From IMG/VR virus record IMGVR_UViG_3300020048_000027, positions 64,001-128,000 of that record: a DNA stretch of 64,000 bases; one strand, 5' to 3'. Positions 50,707 through 59,838 of the stretch are shown here, in pieces. The notes under the pieces were generated by a model. That model worked only from the letters and a program-made list of their open reading frames with translations. It was not told where the DNA came from and did no database searches. How positions within the stretch are numbered: the stretch's first letter is position 1; every line of letters starts with the position of its first letter. The stretch comes from a virus. The translations under genes were made by a program, and so were the position numbers.

Positions 50707-51906
50707 CTAGAATTTTTCTTCTGAAAGATCTATCCATTGTTCAAGCTTTTCTTCGGTAAAGGAAGAAAGAATTTCATTAAATTTCTTATCTAATTTATCT
50801 ATATCTGTTTGATACCATCCTCCTGAGGTGTACACGTTCATAACATCTTGGAAGTACTTCTCATACATAGGAGCTACATTCTCTAATGAAAACTTTTCTC
50901 CATACTCTCTACAAGTCTTGTAATCTATTTCTCCGTTATTAACTTTTATAGTTGCTTTTAAGTAATCATCAAACGTTCTACATCTATAACCAGTTACTCC
51001 GTTTATGTTATTCTCTGCAAATGCTCCCCAGTCTGAAGTAATAGTAGGTGTTCCTGATAATAGATTTTCTATTTGAACTCCTCCGAATGGTTCGACATAT
51101 TGTGAAGGTAAGAAGCATCCTTTTGCATTCTTCATTAACTCTTTTCTCTTCTCGGTACCGGCATACCCTACGAACTCTACATGAGGAGGAAAGATTCCAT
51201 CCTTATAAGGTCCATCGGCGTCAATCTGTCCTGCTATCTTTAATTTATAACCTAAGTGTTCGGTAACCTGGATTGCTATATTAACTCCTTTTCCGTCAAA
51301 GACTCTTCCTAAATAAAGAAAGTAATCTTCTTTTTTATCGCTAAATTCGAAATCAGAGAGGTCAAAATAGTTTGGAATTACTACTTCGTAGTTTTTCATA
51401 TCGCAATAATTCACTCCCACTAGTCCATAGTATGCATGGTAGATTGCATAAGATTCAAATACTTTCCAATTGGCCCAATGACCTCCAGCGTAACCTATTC
51501 CTGGTTCAACTGTTATTAAATCTGGATGAGCATCACATATTGGACGTACCCCCGATCCCCAGAATGGAAGTATGAAATCATTCTTCTGTTTTCTTTTACC
51601 TATCTCCTCTATTGCATTTTTGTAGAAGGTCTGGTATACTTCATCTTCAGTGTTGTAAGTAAACAGTTTAGTTTTATAGTCATGAGTTCCATAAACCTTT
51701 TTCCATACCTCATTGGTGATAACTGTTACGTTTTCCGCATATGGAGCGTCGCTCTCCTCATGTCCGTAGTGGTAGATAGTATGTCCTCTCTCCCCCATCA
51801 TCTTACAGAATTTCCAAGCTTTTTGTGTATAAGCACAAGCTGTAAACTCTTTATTAGTAATTGTATGAGGAAGTCCTAATACGTGGAATGTAAATTTATT
51901 ATTCAT
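50707..51906 (-). CDS. glycosyltransferase family 4
   Basis: LGR...GKG, EPFGGVQIE, SDWGAF.E. Confidence 0.85.
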   Translation of the reverse strand: MNNKFTFHVLGLPHTITNKEFTACAYTQKAWKFCKMMGERGHTIYHYGHEESDAPYAENVTVITNEVWKKVYGTHDYKTKLFTYNTEDEVYQTFYKNAIEEIGKRKQKNDFILPFWGSGVRPICDAHPDLITVEPGIGYAGGHWANWKVFESYAIYHAYYGLVGVNYCDMKNYEVVIPNYFDLSDFEFSDKKEDYFLYLGRVFDGKGVNIAIQVTEHLGYKLKIAGQIDADGPYKDGIFPPHVEFVGYAGTEKRKELMKNAKGCFLPSQYVEPFGGVQIENLLSGTPTITSDWGAFAENNINGVTGYRCRTFDDYLKATIKVNNGEIDYKTCREYGEKFSLENVAPMYEKYFQDVMNVYTSGGWYQTDIDKLDKKFNEILSSFTEEKLEQWIDLSEEKF

Positions 51907-51908
51907 GT

Positions 51909-52481
51909 TTATTTTTTTCTATCATCGTATTCTAATACTCCTTTCTCAATTGCGTAAGCTTGAATAGTCTCTCCTTGTACAGACTGAAAAAACATTCTTT
52001 CTGTATCTGAGATGCTATCGTCAAAGCATTCTGTAGAGCAGTTTGGTGTTTCGTAAATTTGTACTTTGTGTATTTTTAGTCCTGTTGGAGTATTTGCATA
52101 TAGAGTATTTGAAAGAAGTTCCATTGCTAAAAATACTTCTTTAGCAATATTCTCTACCGAAGGATTACAGTATTCTCCTTCTCCATTCAAAGACATCAAC
52201 CAAAGTTTAGTTCCGTAGTCTCTTGTAGTTTGAATAAGTAGTTCGTCTTTTGCATTTAAAAGCATTCCATGATCTAGAATATCATCTATCCATTGACAGA
52301 ATACTCTTTTAATCTCTTTGAAGTCGATTGCATACCCAATCTCTTCCATATTCTCAAATGAGAATGTTAACTCATAAAGGTACGTATGACCATGAATGTT
52401 AAAGCATTTCATGGACTCATTCATAACTCTGTGACCAGAGTCGAAGTTGCCTTTTCGGCTAGTGTATTGGATTCTTTTCAT
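51909..52481 (-). CDS. queD: 6-carboxy-5,6,7,8-tetrahydropterin synthase
   Basis: GHR...C..IHGHTY, DF, LDH, PSVENIA, ET. Confidence 0.9.
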   Translation of the reverse strand: MKRIQYTSRKGNFDSGHRVMNESMKCFNIHGHTYLYELTFSFENMEEIGYAIDFKEIKRVFCQWIDDILDHGMLLNAKDELLIQTTRDYGTKLWLMSLNGEGEYCNPSVENIAKEVFLAMELLSNTLYANTPTGLKIHKVQIYETPNCSTECFDDSISDTERMFFQSVQGETIQAYAIEKGVLEYDDRKK

Positions 52482-52854
52482 ATTCTTTGTTTTTATTTAA
52501 TATACGAACTTTATTTTATTTTTCCAAATTTCTTGAATAATATTTTTCATAGAGTTCTGCTTCTTTCTTTCCACATTCATCACATTGAACACCTCGTCCG
52601 ACTGTACTAAGCATTTGATCATATAAGGAAAGTATATCTAACTCTTCCATTTGTTCTGGTGTTAAATCTGTTCGTTCTAAATTTTCCCACCAATCTTTTC
52701 TTCCCCACTTATCAATCTTTTCTTCCATTTCAGGAACAGGAATACACATCGTTATGAATCCATGATAGCAATTTTCTTTCTCTTCACCGCAGTGGTGACA
52801 TGTTTCTAGTTTTTTCATTTCCAAAATAATTGTTTGCACCATTCAACTATGTTA

Positions 52855-53388
52855 TCAGTCCCACCAACCTTGTATATTCTCTTCCATTATTTTGAATAAT
52901 AATTTGTGGGCTCTTGCTTGGTTTAAATGACCAATACTCATAGCAATAAAATGTTTATCATCTTCTCTTCCTTCTATAGAGGACCATCCTTCTCCATTCA
53001 TTACTCGTTTATATATTAATGGATACTTTTTAAAGTAATCATCATATTTCTCCCAAATATTTTCACTTTCCCAAGTTGAATTATCTGTTCCATCATTACA
53101 AGGTTCAAACCAATGTTTAGTTTTTTCATAATCCATATACTCCATTTCATAGAAATCATCTTGAAGTTTTTGAATTAGATTAACACAGATTGTCATTCTA
53201 CGAGCGTCTTGTTGAGCTCTTGTATGCCTATCTTGTACCCCAATGTACTTAGCTTGAGCTTTTAACTTGTGTTGTAGCATTGTATAGATGTAAAATCCAT
53301 CCCAGTTTCGGTCTTTCCATATGATAGGAAACCAGTAAATAAGATTTTTTACACCCTGTGTAAAATTGTAGATGTTAAATTTTTCCAT
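52855..53388 (-). CDS. conserved phage hypothetical protein
   Basis: W.DRNWD...WWD. Confidence 0.7.
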   Translation of the reverse strand: MEKFNIYNFTQGVKNLIYWFPIIWKDRNWDGFYIYTMLQHKLKAQAKYIGVQDRHTRAQQDARRMTICVNLIQKLQDDFYEMEYMDYEKTKHWFEPCNDGTDNSTWESENIWEKYDDYFKKYPLIYKRVMNGEGWSSIEGREDDKHFIAMSIGHLNQARAHKLLFKIMEENIQGWWD

Positions 53389-53410
53389 AACCTAAATAAT
53401 TTGTATGTTA

Positions 53411-54091
53411 CTATATTTCTAAGATGTTACCGTTACTGCTTAATTGTCCGAATTTTCTATCTGTTACAACTGAACCATTACTAAAGGTAGTCTCAAATGC
53501 AGATAATTTTAATATTCCTGCATTGATAATATCTTCGCTGTTGTGAATATGTCCAAATAAACATAATTTAGGTTTTATTCTAAATAGTATATGTTTTCTT
53601 AATGCTGTACAGCCACAATATTCTAATATTCCTTCTCTGCTGTATGAAAGATCTAAAATTCCTTTAGGCGGTCCATGAACAATAAAAATATCTATGTCTT
53701 CATCCACTTTATCCCAATGATTGTGCATTTTATCTCTTGACTTCATAAAATACCAATTGCTAAATGTTGGAGTATTAGGGCTGCCAAATATTTTTACACC
53801 TTCAATAGTAACATAATCATTCTCTAAATAATTAATATTATAATGCTTGCACCATTCTTCTAGTTGTTTTTTATAATGGAATGCGTAAGCATCATGATTT
53901 CCGGCTATTAATACTTTGTATTGAATCGGTAATTTACCAAACCAATGTATAAAAGTTAAAGCTTCTGGTTCATTTCTTTCTACACCATAGTAGTTACTAA
54001 AATCTCCGCTATGCACCACCATATCTATGCCTTCTGGCATAACTAATAAGTCATGGTAGCTATGTGTATCGCTTATATGCCAAATTTTCAT
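53411..54091 (-). CDS. metallophosphoesterase
   Basis: SDTH, GD, GNHD, HGPP, GHIH. Confidence 0.9.
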   Translation of the reverse strand: MKIWHISDTHSYHDLLVMPEGIDMVVHSGDFSNYYGVERNEPEALTFIHWFGKLPIQYKVLIAGNHDAYAFHYKKQLEEWCKHYNINYLENDYVTIEGVKIFGSPNTPTFSNWYFMKSRDKMHNHWDKVDEDIDIFIVHGPPKGILDLSYSREGILEYCGCTALRKHILFRIKPKLCLFGHIHNSEDIINAGILKLSAFETTFSNGSVVTDRKFGQLSSNGNILEI

Positions 54092-54092
54092 A

Positions 54093-54659
54093 CTATTTTT
54101 TAAATTTTGAAGTTAAGTTTTTACTCTGTACAATCTGTTTCAACCTTGTAACATAATTAACATCTTCCGCATAGTGTTCTCGCAAGTATGCATAGTAGGC
54201 TTGCTCTGTTTTAAGTTTATGTAAGTAGGTTGAGTAATATAGTGCATAGTCAATTACAGAATCTTCCCAATTGTCATAATATGCATGTGATCGGTTTGTA
54301 CCTGCTGCTAAATTTGCTCGAACTTTAGCTTCTTTCATTCCAAACAAATTATTATTTTCTCTAAATAAGTTGGATGTAAATGTGTTTGTCTCCTGAGTTG
54401 CCTGGGCAAGTACAATTTCTGGAAATCTAAAATTTAATTTTTCTATTTGTTCTACCAAAGCTTCCTCTGAAAAGGGTTTTTTACCATTAATGACAAGTAC
54501 TGCTGCTTCTTGTGTTTGATTATCTATTTCTGAGTTCGGTATGTTTACGGAGGATAGTAACATAACTGATAACAGCACTGTTACTACTACTCTAGCTATT
54601 GGTTTTCGTATGCTTGCTTTTTCAAATATTAACTTTCTGTCATTGTATTTATAATACAT
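54093..54659 (-). CDS. glucosaminidase-domain peptidoglycan hydrolase
   Basis: LAQA..ET, NNLFGMK, YAED..Y. Confidence 0.8.
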   Translation of the reverse strand: MYYKYNDRKLIFEKASIRKPIARVVVTVLLSVMLLSSVNIPNSEIDNQTQEAAVLVINGKKPFSEEALVEQIEKLNFRFPEIVLAQATQETNTFTSNLFRENNNLFGMKEAKVRANLAAGTNRSHAYYDNWEDSVIDYALYYSTYLHKLKTEQAYYAYLREHYAEDVNYVTRLKQIVQSKNLTSKFKK

Positions 54660-54761
54660 AATTTAAGGTATTGTGTATAAGTATTTCTAAAGATACGAAA
54701 TAGTAATGTAACAAGAAACTTTTTCTTAGATTACTTTACTACTATACTTATACGGAGTTAG

Positions 54762-54834
54762 AGAACATAATCAGATTCGAACTGATGAATAACGGTTTTG
54801 CAGACCGTTCCTTTAACCGCTCAGGCATATGTTC
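54762..54834 (-). tRNA. tRNA-Cys(GCA)
   Basis: Cloverleaf; ACGGT-CTGCAAA-ACCGT. Confidence 0.9.
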
Positions 54835-54840
54835 TTAAAA

Positions 54841-55036
54841 AAATTCTTTGCCTAAATTTCAGTAGGATATAATTGGTCTGCCTTGAACAGACTGCTTCAC
54901 TTGGCAATTATAATATCTACAATAAACACAACTGCTGATACAGTCTTTTTAAAGTTTAATACAAGGCTCTGCCCCTTCTGGTATTTCACAGGTCTATTTA
55001 GCCTTTATTATATGTTCATCTTCAATCAAAGAATTT
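54841..55036 (-). ncRNA. candidate ~195-nt structured RNA
   Basis: Closed by AAATTCTTTG/CAAAGAATTT; several internal hairpins. Confidence 0.5.
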
Positions 55037-55500
55037 TAAAGTCTTAGCACCCTCTTTCTTATAGCTTACCGAGTTATCAGTTACGGAGCTTGTATAAGAG
55101 TAGGGTCACATAGTTAATCTACACAATGATGATACCTCTCACATCTAGGCATAATTATTAACTACTTGCTGAGAACTCATTTGTGTTGGGACTTGCTCAT
55201 TACCGAACCATCTCTCATTGCTTTCTCAAGGCAACAACACATCTAGGATTACTCCATTAATTTATATAATCTTATCCATTAAGTGACACATGCAGTTAAT
55301 TTATGTTATATCCCCTAATATCCTGTCAATTCAGGATTAATATCTTTAATAGTTTCTCATGGTGTAAGTTATACACACTATTAGGTTCAATGTTTAGCCT
55401 TTTTTAATATAACATTAAGAGTGCCTTAGTTCTCTTACTAGTATTTTTTGCTTATGTGTTTTATCACATGGTTATAATAGGACTTTCCAGTGTTATATTT
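55037..55500 (-). ncRNA. candidate large (~460-nt) structured RNA
   Basis: No ORF; many stems; sits within the tRNA region. Confidence 0.55.
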
Positions 55501-55738
55501 ACTTATCTATAATTTTTCTAATACTATTCCAGTTGATATATATGAATAGTGCTGCTGATGCTGTCGCTAGGCAGTTCCATCCTTGTATAAATCCTGCAAT
55601 AGCTCCTACTAAGAATAGTACGTTAGTTAACCCTACTTTTGCGTACCATACGTTAAATTTGTCTATCATAATTTGCATTTAATGTTTATTTCTATTCTAT
55701 TATAAATATACGAATTTTAATTCTAATTAACAACTTTT

Positions 55739-56245
55739 TTAGTAAAATAAAAATTCTTCCCAATTTTTCGGGATATATGACACCCTTTTTAATAACATTA
55801 ATGAATGAGGTCTTTTTAAAACAGGTAACTCTTTTCCCCATTCCTGCAAAGATAAATCACTCTTTTCATTATTGCATTTTTTGCAAGCTGTTACAAGATT
55901 ATCCCATGTATTTAATCCTCCTTTACATTGAGGTATCACATGATCCAGAGTTAACTTATGTGTTTCGTAGATCTTTCCGCAATATAAACACGTATTGTCA
56001 TCTCTTTTGAATACGTTTACCCTATTTAAAGGAACGTTCCCATAGTTTACGTTTACGTAGTTGTTAATTCTGATTACCGAGGGCCTGAATATATCTATGT
56101 CTTTTCTCACTAGTCCGAACTTAGAATCATGGTGTTTTAATATCTCGCAGTTACCTTTCATGTAAATCACAAAAGCTCTTGAAGAACTGATTACATTTTT
56201 AGGTAAATACGAGGAATCTAGTAATAATGTTTTATCATATTTCAT
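55739..56245 (-). CDS. HNH endonuclease (McrA-like)
   Basis: RD..TCLYCG, TLDHVIP..KGG..TW.NLV.AC..CN. Confidence 0.9.
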   Translation of the reverse strand: MKYDKTLLLDSSYLPKNVISSSRAFVIYMKGNCEILKHHDSKFGLVRKDIDIFRPSVIRINNYVNVNYGNVPLNRVNVFKRDDNTCLYCGKIYETHKLTLDHVIPQCKGGLNTWDNLVTACKKCNNEKSDLSLQEWGKELPVLKRPHSLMLLKRVSYIPKNWEEFLFY

Positions 56246-56274
56246 AACCTATTAAAGTGTTTTTTAAATAAAAT

Positions 56275-56300
56275 AAAGGGGTCACCGATGCCACCCCTTT
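56275..56300 (-). terminator. intrinsic terminator at the end of the tRNA array
   Basis: AAAGGGGT...ACCCCTTT stem followed by a T-rich tail. Confidence 0.6.
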
Positions 56301-56414
56301 TTGACAGGATTTTTTATGAGAGCTTTAGTTTGGATTTATGTGAGACCTTCCCAACTCACCGCAAGTTCCTGTTTTGCCCTCGTACTGTTTTCGGTATTAA
56401 GGTATTTTTAAAAG

Positions 56415-56489
56415 TAGCAGGAGTCAGATTCGAACTGACGTAGTTTGGCTTATGAGACCAAGCTGGGACCATCTCCAGTCTATCCTGCG
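56415..56489 (-). tRNA. tRNA-Met(CAT), initiator-like
   Basis: CAT anticodon; unpaired C1. Confidence 0.8.
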
Positions 56490-56508
56490 ATTTGAATTCA
56501 TTAATTAG

Positions 56509-56581
56509 CGCAACGAAAAGGACTTGAACCCTTAACCTTCGGGTTTGGAATCCGCTGCTCTACCAATTGAGCTACCGATGC
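56509..56581 (-). tRNA. tRNA-Trp(CCA)
   Basis: Cloverleaf; imperfect anticodon stem. Confidence 0.75.
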
Positions 56582-56916
56582 TTTTAAATGTACTACATTT
56601 TATATGATTTTGATTGTTTCCTATGATTTCATAGTGAAAATCTCTAACCCCTAAATCTTGTACACCGTGTAAACAATGTTTTTGGATAGGACATTTATGT
56701 AAATTACATTTCATATATACATAAATACATAAATAAACTTCTTTTGTGTCCTTGGAGGATTCGAACCTCTGTGCTATATAGAATTCTCTTTGGGATGATC
56801 AGTCTTCTAATTGTTCTATAAGGTACTTAGCTACTTGTGCACTTTCACATTTCCCACTTTAACCTCTACTTTTACCAGTAGTTGAGCCAGCCATTACTCT
56901 TCTCAGACATTTATTG

Positions 56917-56990
56917 TGACCTATGAAAGACTTGAACTTTCAACCGCAAGTTTAGAAAACTTGTGCTCTATCCAATTGAGCTAATAGGCC
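56917..56990 (-). tRNA. tRNA-Arg(TCT)
   Basis: CAAGT-TTTCTAA-ACTTG. Confidence 0.9.
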
Positions 56991-57232
56991 GATTCCTGGA
57001 TTTCGTTCCAGGAGACGTGATTGTTTTATCTACTTTTTAGCAGTACCAAATGGATTCGAACCACCCCTTATATTCGTATTAATCCAAATATAATTTGTTC
57101 CAACACATAACGTATACTTTATGTGCAAACTGTTTGACAGTTATTTATTTTGATACTATGTTTGTTGCGGAAAGAAAGGGAATCGAACCCATGTCCTTTA
57201 AAAAAAACATAAATGTCTACAGTTAATAATAG

Positions 57233-57312
57233 TACCCCTGATAGGACTCGAACCTACATGCTTACGCGACAATGCTTAAAACTGTTGTGTCTACCAATTT
57301 CACCACAGGGGC
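57233..57312 (-). tRNA. tRNA-Leu(TAA)
   Basis: Long variable arm. Confidence 0.9.
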
Positions 57313-57405
57313 TGGTATTTGTGATTACCTTTGCAAAGGCTACGCAAGCTCACAAATAAAGCTTTATTATTATGAATCCTTACTAGTTCAGATTCGCGTA
57401 TTCTG

Positions 57406-57478
57406 TGTGACACATCGGGATCGAACCGACACCTTCCTACACCACAAGCAGGAGTACTACCTTTATACGAATGTCACC
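57406..57478 (-). tRNA. tRNA-His(GTG)
   Basis: GTG anticodon; G-1 encoded. Confidence 0.85.
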
Positions 57479-57493
57479 ATATAAAAATTTTAG

Positions 57494-57566
57494 TAGCGCA
57501 AAAGAGAATTGAACTCTTGACCTTAGGTTTATGAATCCTATGTTCTACCAACTGAACTACTGCGCC
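57494..57566 (-). tRNA. tRNA-Met/Ile2(CAT)
   Basis: TAGGA-TTCATAA-ACCTA. Confidence 0.85.
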
Positions 57567-57623
57567 TGGAGTATGGTAGGAGCTAGCTTCCTTGTGGTTA
57601 CCGTACGTTTTATCCACTTTTTG

Positions 57624-57705
57624 AAGAGGATGTGGGATTTGAACCCACGGGCCTTTACGACCTACAGTTTAGCAAACTGCTGCATTACCACTCTGCCAAT
57701 CCTCC
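57624..57705 (-). tRNA. tRNA-Ser(GCT)
   Basis: Long variable arm. Confidence 0.9.
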
Positions 57706-57721
57706 AATTAATACTATACTA

Positions 57722-58303
57722 TTAGAACTCTTTTAATAAGCAGTATGTTACTGTTTTTTGATTTTTTACAAGGTCTAATATTTTGTAATATTCCCCTACA
57801 TGATTAATGACCTGACATCCTACCGACCATCCTCCTATAAGTTTTGTCCAGTACGACAAATTCTTCTCATACAGAACTGTATGGAAGTTTATGCCTATAA
57901 TTCCCTGGTATAATTCTCCCATCTCCTCCACTAAGTTGTTTTTGTTCCAATCCCTAAAGTATTTTATTGGTTTTCTCTGCTTTAGTGCCGGCATCCTACC
58001 TTTATGTAGTCCGTAGCTCCAAAGGTCGTAGTACCATTCGTTCGTCTTTATTACCGCTACTCCCTTAGAGGAGTAGTTCGTATAGTTCTTTAGTCCTGTT
58101 GTTCCTGCATTTGTAGTACCTTTCACTACTTTCACACACTTATCGCCCTTAAATATGTAGAACTTATCATCAAACTCATTATATGCATCTTCCTCAGACT
58201 GTACCCCTAATATCCAGTACTCGGTTGGTATTTGCTTAAAACTATCTAAGCTTTTCACTTTACTTAAAAGTGCCTTATCCGTATATGATTTTACGTTACT
58301 CAT
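57722..58303 (-). CDS. putative peptidoglycan peptidase (YkuD-like H...S.GC motif)
   Basis: GINFH...WSVGCQV. Confidence 0.5.
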   Translation of the reverse strand: MSNVKSYTDKALLSKVKSLDSFKQIPTEYWILGVQSEEDAYNEFDDKFYIFKGDKCVKVVKGTTNAGTTGLKNYTNYSSKGVAVIKTNEWYYDLWSYGLHKGRMPALKQRKPIKYFRDWNKNNLVEEMGELYQGIIGINFHTVLYEKNLSYWTKLIGGWSVGCQVINHVGEYYKILDLVKNQKTVTYCLLKEF

Positions 58304-58338
58304 AATTAATTATTATTATTACTATTATTAAACTTTTG

Positions 58339-58412
58339 TCCTCATAATAGGATTTGAACCTATGACATTTGACGTATCAGGTCAACACTCTACCAAGCTG
58401 AGTTATATGAGG
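58339..58412 (-). tRNA. tRNA-Ile(GAT)
   Basis: TTGAC-CTGATAC-GTCAA. Confidence 0.9.
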
Positions 58413-58474
58413 TGTTGCAGGATATCGCTTAACCTGCTGAAGTTAATTACTCTTCTTTTATTACGATTTTTTTG

Positions 58475-58546
58475 TGAACATAGAAAGATTCGAACTCTCA
58501 CCAAAACGTCCGTAGCGTTCCGTTCTATCCATTAAACTATACGTCC
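58475..58546 (-). tRNA. tRNA-Arg(ACG)
   Basis: GAACG-CTACGGA-CGTTT. Confidence 0.85.
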
Positions 58547-58714
58547 ATTAGTATTACAAATTCTAACCTACCGACTTTAGCAATATTAAAAAGGTGCTGT
58601 CTGCTAGGAAGTATTACTATTTCTTCCGAATCTCCACCTGTTCTTGAATAATTCTGTGACTGGTACTCCTTACCGTCTAACATGTTTAAAACCTTCATAC
58701 TTGTTAATTTTTTG

Positions 58715-58787
58715 AGGGCTGGATGGGGTTCGAACCCATGCGCTTTTGCTTAACAGGCAAATGCTCTACCAACTGAGCTACCAACCC
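58715..58787 (-). tRNA. tRNA-Asn(GTT)
   Basis: TTTGC-CTGTTAA-GCAAA. Confidence 0.9.
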
Positions 58788-58952
58788 TAGTTGTAACTTT
58801 TCTAAGCTTAAGAGTTACCAACTTACCCAACTAACGATTTGGACATACGATGCGCTTTAAACTAAGAATACCGAAATATTCAATCTAAACGATTTAAGTA
58901 GGCGTTACATGCTCTTCGTTCCCTATCCTATGCATCGGAATCAGGCTGTTCG

Positions 58953-59025
58953 TGGTTACAGTTGGAATCGAACCAACGACACCTAGGGCTTCAACCTAGT
59001 GCTCTACCAACTGAGCTATGTAACC
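58953..59025 (-). tRNA. tRNA-Phe(GAA)
   Basis: CTAGG-TTGAAGC-CCTAG. Confidence 0.9.
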
Positions 59026-59031
59026 TAGTAG

Positions 59032-59102
59032 TACTGATAGAGAGAATCGAACTCTCGTTGATAGGTCGAAAACCTACTGTCCTGCCTCTAGACGATACCA
59101 GC
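59032..59102 (-). tRNA. tRNA-Glu(TTC)
   Basis: GTAGG-TTTTCGA-CCTAT. Confidence 0.9.
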
Positions 59103-59160
59103 AAGTGTACTTCATCTTATATCTTTCGATTAACGCGATTATAGTACTAACTAAACTCTG

Positions 59161-59227
59161 TGGGATACAGTGGATTCGAACCACTCGGTTAGAGTTTTAC
59201 AGACTCGACCTCAACCCGAGGCATCCC
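59161..59227 (-). tRNA. atypical short tRNA-Tyr(GTA)
   Basis: 67 nt; reduced D arm, no long variable arm. Confidence 0.65.
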
Positions 59228-59239
59228 TTAATAATTTTT

Positions 59240-59303
59240 TAAATAGAATAGGATTCGAACCTATGTCTTGCCTGCGGCTATGCTACCACTACACCATCTA
59301 TTC
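59240..59303 (-). ncRNA. tRNA-like RNA with a collapsed anticodon arm
   Basis: Acceptor, D and T arms intact; anticodon arm is GCC-GCA-GGC. Confidence 0.7.
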
Positions 59304-59336
59304 AAGGTTAATTAAGAACCTTATTCTGCAAAATTG

Positions 59337-59409
59337 CGGTCTACAAGGGCGTCGAACCCTCAATCTCCTCCGTGACAGGGAGGCATGTTACCACCAACAC
59401 CTCTAGACC
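59337..59409 (-). tRNA. tRNA-Asp(GTC)
   Basis: CCTCC-CTGTCAC-GGAGG. Confidence 0.9.
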
Positions 59410-59512
59410 TTGATTCCCTTCGTTGCTACTTACACCTTCTAGCTAGTGTGCTTTCACCATTTTTATTTATTTTAAATCGCCATACCTACTGGGCTTTTAT
59501 GCTACGATTTTG

Positions 59513-59586
59513 TACTCCATATAGGAATTGAACCTATGACTTCCAAGATATAAGCTTGACACTCTGACCAACTGAGTTAATGGAGC
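59513..59586 (-). tRNA. tRNA-Ile(TAT)
   Basis: TCAAG-CTTATAT-CTTGG. Confidence 0.85.
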
Positions 59587-59667
59587 AGTTGAACTAAGAA
59601 AAATTTGTAATTAAATGTTTTTTGAATCACATATTGAAGTAACCCGTCTATTTACTACTTACTTTCG

Positions 59668-59741
59668 TACAGATAGAGGGATTCGAACCCCCGACTTTTT
59701 CCATGTAAAAGAAACACTCTGACCAACTGAGTTATATCTGC
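59668..59741 (-). tRNA. tRNA-Val(TAC)
   Basis: TTTCT-TTTACAT-GGAAA. Confidence 0.9.
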
Positions 59742-59756
59742 GTTTTTTAATTTTTG

Positions 59757-59829
59757 TGGAACAGATGGGACTCGAACCCACATCCTTTTCGTTGCAAACG
59801 AAATGCTAAACCAATTTAGCTACTGCCCC
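59757..59829 (-). tRNA. tRNA-Ala(TGC)
   Basis: TGC anticodon; G3:U70. Confidence 0.9.
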
Positions 59830-59838
59830 TTACTATAG

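Noticed and set aside
55470-55495. RNase P RNA, from the GGAAAGTCC motif
   Set aside because: I could not find the other conserved regions or a terminal P1 helix; left as an unassigned ncRNA.
57166-57196. tRNA or tmRNA 3' end (GGGTTCGATTCCC...TCCGCA)
   Set aside because: Only a T-arm fragment with no matching 5' half; probably a remnant.
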